Part shown: piece by piece, positions 59,863 to 64,000 of the stretch
Layout: the number at the start of each line of letters is the position of its first letter
How positions within the stretch are numbered: position 1 is the stretch's first letter
Assembly: GCA_002104905.1 (NCBI GenBank)
Contig: MCFE01000511.1
Location: 784-64,783 of the forward strand
Origin: Basidiobolus meristosporus CBS 931.73
Taxonomy: Eukaryota > Fungi > Basidiobolomycota
Length of the DNA stretch: 64,000 bases
Reading direction: 5' to 3'
Position numbers and translations under genes: made by a program
Notes under the pieces: model-generated
What the model saw: only the letters and a program-made list of their open reading frames with translations
What the model was told of the DNA's origin: nothing
Databases searched by the model: none

Positions 59863-62800
59863 AGGGTTAGGGGGGGAGACAGTCACCAACAGGTGAAATC
59901 TTTATTTCAGTTGAAACAAAGAAGCCAGCGCTACTGCTGTAGCTTTGATACAAGAATGTGTAGCTGAGGGGAATTTGTAGGTAAGTTAATAAGAAGTGAT
60001 GATAGTTCTTCAGTGCTCAAGACACTGTTCAGTGGGAAGGGGGGTAGCAAGAGAGTTAAGAATGACTTGTGAACAACATTAATGAGGGGAATGTGATAAG
60101 GATTGATATTCATCATAAAGGGAGTGTGCTGCTGCAGATATTGCTGCCAAAGGTCTGTCAGGTACTTCTGGTAGGCCAGCTTGGGTTTTTCTGACTGCAG
60201 AATATAGTGAGCAAACTTCTTGACTTCAGGATCTCCAAGTATTGTTCTCCAGCAGGAGTCAGGTGTTGTGTGGTGTGTTCTCTTCCAGGCCTTAATCAAT
60301 GGGTTGTTGCAGTTGTGAAGTCTGAGGTATAATCTGGTTCTAAGGTAGAGAAGTCTGATCTTATAGGGCATAAACCCAAAAGCACCAAGAATAGCATGTC
60401 TGTAGGGGCATTCAGGCAAATGAGGCACCAAGGAGGTAATGCACCATACTGCAAACTTGTCAAGCTTAGTGCAGTCTCTAGAAGTAAGAGAGAGAAGTGG
60501 TAAGCCAAATTCCAGGACAGGGAAGACAAACTGCTTGAGTAGAAGGAGGCAGCTGGGAGCTGAAGTTGTAGGAGGAGTAACAGCCAGTAGCTTGTGGAGT
60601 GCCTGTCTTGCCAGGATAATTCTCTTCTTCAGGTGTGCTCCAGAGTCTAGTCCAGTAGGAAGGAAAGGAAAGCCAAGATATGTAGCAGAAACCTGAGCAG
60701 GTAGAGTGGAGTTCTCCAAGTTGATAGGAGAGCCCAAAGGTACTGTCTTTGCAATGGAAAGCTGGAGATTATTCTTCTGCAGATACTGCTGGATGGTCTG
60801 GGAGTCTTGTTGCACATTGGAGGAGGATATTCTGATGTCATCAGCAAAGAGAGTAACCAGGCAGTCAGCTGAGAGTCTTGGGAAATCATTCAGGAAGATG
60901 GCAAACAGTATAGGACCAAGCACAGAGCCTTGAACCACTCCATTAGGAACTGAGAACACAGCTGATTGCTCACTTGGGTGCAGAATTCTTGCTTGTGGAT
61001 CCAGAAACAGAGACCTGACAAGGAGGGTGAGAGAGGTACTGGAGAAGCATTGCAACTTGGACCAAAGCAGATTTCTGTCAACTTAATCAAAGGCCTTAGT
61101 AATATCAAACAGAACAGAGGGATACTTGCACTGGAGAGAGTGATCTTGGCTAAGTATGACTGCATATTCCAAGGAGAGGCCAGGAACAAAGCCAAACTGT
61201 GCAGGATGAAACTTGAGGGAGTCAGAGTAGAGCTCCTGAGCAAGCAGAAGCTCAAACACCTTTCTGCAGGTGGGCAGCAGAGATATTGGCCTGTAGGAGC
61301 TAGGATCCAGGTGCTTTCCTTTACCCTTGTACAGTGGCAGAACATTTGCAAAGGACCATTCCTCAGGAGTAGAAAGCTGGGCTGAGCATTGCTGAAACAG
61401 TGGAAGCAGAAGTGCAGACATGGCCTTGGTACCAGTCTTCAGAAGCTCATAAGAGATTGTGTCCACACCTGGAGCAGTAGAGTTGGGAAGCCTCTTGAGC
61501 ACATTATGGATTCTCCTTTGATCAAGTGCAAGTGGGATGGGCAGAGTCTTGAAGTCAGGATGAAAGCCAGGAGTTGAGTACTGCTTTGTAGAGAAGAAGA
61601 TGTTAGCCAGCTGTTCTGTTGAAGGTAACTTCCTGGAAGAGGGCCTCATTGCCCTGTAGAGTCTTGATACTGTTCTTGTTATAGAGTTGGAAGATTGCAG
61701 AGGCAAGGAACTCATAATATGATCCCAGAGCTGAGTATGCAGAGTGTGGTGAATTGCCTTGGAGTGGTGTATTGCTGTCAGGAGGAGTTTCTCTGTTTTT
61801 GGGTTAGGGAAACTCAGGTAGCTTTGTTGCAGGGCTGAAACAATGGATTCCCATTTTCTTGAGGTAACAGCAGTAGTCTTGCATGGCAGTGAGAGGGAGG
61901 CAGACACCAGAATCAGATGCTTCACAAAGAGCCAGGCATAGTTGAGATCATCTGGCAGAGAAAGTAGCAAACTGGCAAGCTTCAAGTAGTTCCCAAAGTC
62001 TTTCTTCTGATTCTTGGTAGCTTTGTGGGTGAGCACAGTAAGTTTTGGCAGCTTCTTCTTCACAACTGGTTGCATAGAAAGGGACCAGGCTGGATGGTCA
62101 GAGGCTCTCAAGGATCCTAGCTCAGCTCCAGAGAATTGCTTAACTTCATTCACAATGTAGAGGGCAGCAGCAGAAGGGCAGATCCAGTCAACACATCTTT
62201 TCTCAGATTGAGCACCTAGTGCTAGCAGGTGGCTTTCTCTCAGGAAGTTCAGTAGGAATGTAGACCTTGGCTTCATTCTTGCAGTCAGAGTAGTCTTGTT
62301 CTCAGGATGGGGAATGTTGAGATCTCCAAGCAAGATAACAGGTGTTAATATAGATTGTTGGTATTGCTGAACCTTCTGGCATATAACTTGCACTTCTTGA
62401 AGGGCAAGACTTGGAGGCAGATAGCAGAGCACCAGACTGATAGTTGGCAACTGGAGAGCAGCACAGTAAGGGGAGTAAAGAGGAACACAGAGCTGAGGAG
62501 TATTGATGGTAGAAGAGATGAAGCAGATAGAGGAGGTATTCTTTGTTCTAGGAGTAGAAAAGCAATATAGATTAGTCAAAAGTATAGAGGGTAGCTGGAC
62601 ATCAATCAAACACAGGAGGGAAAATCTTGAAAGAAGTCTTTCTAGAGTTGGTCTTGATGGCTGTATGCTGTTGCAGTTAAGCAACAGAACTTCAGGTAGT
62701 CAGGCAGAGGTTGTAGCTTCTTCAGAGGCAGCATTGATAATGTGACCTGCAGAGTCCCAGAGCTCTTCAAATGGTGCATCACTTAAGTCAGCAAGGAGGG

Positions 62801-63346
62801 AAATGGCATGATTCTTGAGGAAGTATGCCACATCATAGGAGGGGGCTTGTCTCTTGATGGCAGCAAAGAAAGACAGAATGGCAACATGGGCTGGAGGCTT
62901 GTTGAACAGTAGAGAGTCAGAGGATTCAGATTCTTCAGGCACTATCTTGAAGTCAGTTTTCAGCCAGTTAAGGTTCTTCTCCACAAAGGTAACAAATGGG
63001 TCAGCAATGTTTTGGTCTAGGATAACCTCCAGAATCTTCCCTTTTCTCCAGGCCAGGTTGACAATTCTTGAGAGCTGAATATTGCATGCCTTGAGTGCTT
63101 TCCTGATGTTGGAAATGGGAGTCCAGGGAACTTGCTTCAAGTACACCACAGTCCAGGTAGAAGCTGGTGGTAGGTTTGCTGGGGGCTTGTAAGTCCTTCT
63201 GTGTTGCAATGGAGCTGCAGTAGTCAGATTGGAGTCCACATTCTCAGTAGAAGGTTTTCTTGATGTGTCTTGCTGAATAGTACTGGAGCTGGATGTGCTG
63301 ATAATTCTTGCTAGAACCTTGCCTGCATAAGTCTGAGGTATAGCTG
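59863..63346 (-). mobile_element. Telomere-associated APE-type non-LTR retrotransposon (LINE), 5'-truncated, 3.5 kb
   Basis: ORF1, APE and RT in one frame; 3' end is C7-TAACCCT with no poly(A); no TSD; flanked distally by another copy. Confidence 0.93.
59931..62699 (-). CDS. LINE ORF2: apurinic-like endonuclease + reverse transcriptase (one internal TAA at 61083-61085; no ATG before the APE domain)
   Basis: APE: LLLNCNS, LCYLPP, ILLGDLN, RCVDWI, ASDH. RT: APGVDTI, YRPISLL, QFGF, DITKAFD*VD, GVVQGSVLGPILF, LFADD, YLG. ORF-track pieces 61083..62684 and 59931..61055 are the same frame. Confidence 0.92.
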
Positions 63347-63350
63347 AGGG
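62700..63350 (-). CDS. LINE ORF1 (5'-partial), putative RNA-binding protein
   Basis: The frame stays open from the telomeric junction at 63350 to TGA 62700-62702 (…TYAGKVLA…VYLKQVPWTPISNIRKALKACNIQLSRIVNLAWRKGKILEVIL…). Confidence 0.75.
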   Translation of the reverse strand, partial: PSAIPQTYAGKVLARIISTSSSSTIQQDTSRKPSTENVDSNLTTAAPLQHRRTYKPPANLPPASTWTVVYLKQVPWTPISNIRKALKACNIQLSRIVNLAWRKGKILEVILDQNIADPFVTFVEKNLNWLKTDFKIVPEESESSDSLLFNKPPAHVAILSFFAAIKRQAPSYDVAYFLKNHAISLLADLSDAPFEELWDSAGHIINAASEEATTSA

Positions 63351-63843
63351 TTAGGGGGGGAGACAGTCACCAACAGGTGAAATCTTTATTTCAGTTGAAA
63401 CAAAGAAGCCAGCGCTACTGTTGTAGCTTTGATACAAGAGTGTGTAGCTGAGGGGAATTTGTAGGTAAGCTAATAAGAAGTGATGATAGTTCTTCAGTGC
63501 TCAAGACACTGTTCAGTGGGAAGGGGGGTAGCAAGAGAGGTAAGAATGACTTGTGAACAACATTAATGAGGGGAATGTGATAAGGATTGATATTCATCAT
63601 AAAGGGAGTGTGCTGCTGCAGATATTGCTGCCAAAGGTCTGTCAAGTACTTCAGGTAGGCCAGCTTGGGTTTTTCTGACTGCAGAATATAGTGAGCAAAC
63701 TTCTTGACTTCAGGATCTCCAAGTATAGTTCTCCAGCAGGAGCCAGGTGTTGTGTGGTGTGTTCTCTTCCAGGCCTTAATCAGTGGGTTGTTGCAGTTGT
63801 GAAGTCTGAGGTATAATCTGGTTCTAAGGTAGAGAAGACTGAT
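63347..63843 (-). mobile_element. Terminal 0.5-kb 3' fragment of the same LINE family
   Basis: Matches 59863-60359 with about 10 substitutions; same AGGGTTAGGGGGGGAGAC junction. Confidence 0.95.
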
Positions 63844-64000
63844 TTAGGGTTAGGGTTAGGGTTAGGGTTAGGGTTAGGGTTAGGGTTAGGGTTAGGGTTA
63901 GGTTAGGGTTAGGGTTAGGGTTAGGGTTAGGGTTAGGGTTAGGGTTAGGGTTAGGTTAGGGTTAGGGTTAGGGTTAGGGTTAGGGTTAGGTTAGGGTTAG
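63844..64000 (+). repeat. Telomere (TTAGGG)n, G-rich strand 5'->3' (right chromosome end)
   Basis: About 26 repeats running to the window end, with three TTAGG variants. Confidence 0.98.

Noticed and set aside
62700-62702. In-frame UGA as selenocysteine
   Set aside because: It lies at a domain boundary rather than a catalytic Cys position, and no SECIS-like element is visible in the ~60-nt 3' UTR.
59863-63346. Telomeric element as a Penelope-like (Coprina/Athena) retroelement
   Set aside because: The RT motifs (YRPISLL, QGSVLGP, LFADD) are LINE-type, and an N-terminal APE domain is present.
1-64000. rRNA, tRNA or telomerase RNA genes
   Set aside because: None recognised by eye; the only tRNA-related sequences are the short PBS motifs.

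Overview
Right-hand chromosome end of a fungus, probably non-Dikarya (inference from an MMADHC/cblD gene alongside velvet and Zn2Cys6 genes, short GT-AG introns and a TTAGGG telomere). The window has three zones. (1) 1-24.3 kb is a CpG-poor nest of transposons: Ty1/Copia copies primed by half-tRNAiMet and nested in older copies of themselves, Ty3/Gypsy relics, a PIF/Harbinger transposase relic and an unclassified coding repeat. (2) 24.3-54.5 kb is CpG-rich: a probable DIRS/Ngaro relic, then velvet, MMADHC, an SreA-like GATA factor, two tandem Zn2Cys6 factors, a small membrane protein, SEC27, TFA2, RPL19 and an ABCB transporter. (3) 54.5-64 kb is a CpG-poor subtelomere. It ends in four head-to-tail, same-orientation, 5'-truncated non-LTR retroelement units, capped by (TTAGGG)n. 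This array is the most striking system. It is an APE-endonuclease LINE with no poly(A) tail, and each unit ends in about 1.5 telomeric repeats plus conserved 3' stem-loops. Its ORF1 and ORF2 share one frame, separated by a single UGA-CUA followed by a hairpin (candidate readthrough), and the coding region contains no CpG. All calls come from reading the sequence by eye; no database searches were run. Isolated 1-nt frameshifts may be assembly errors.
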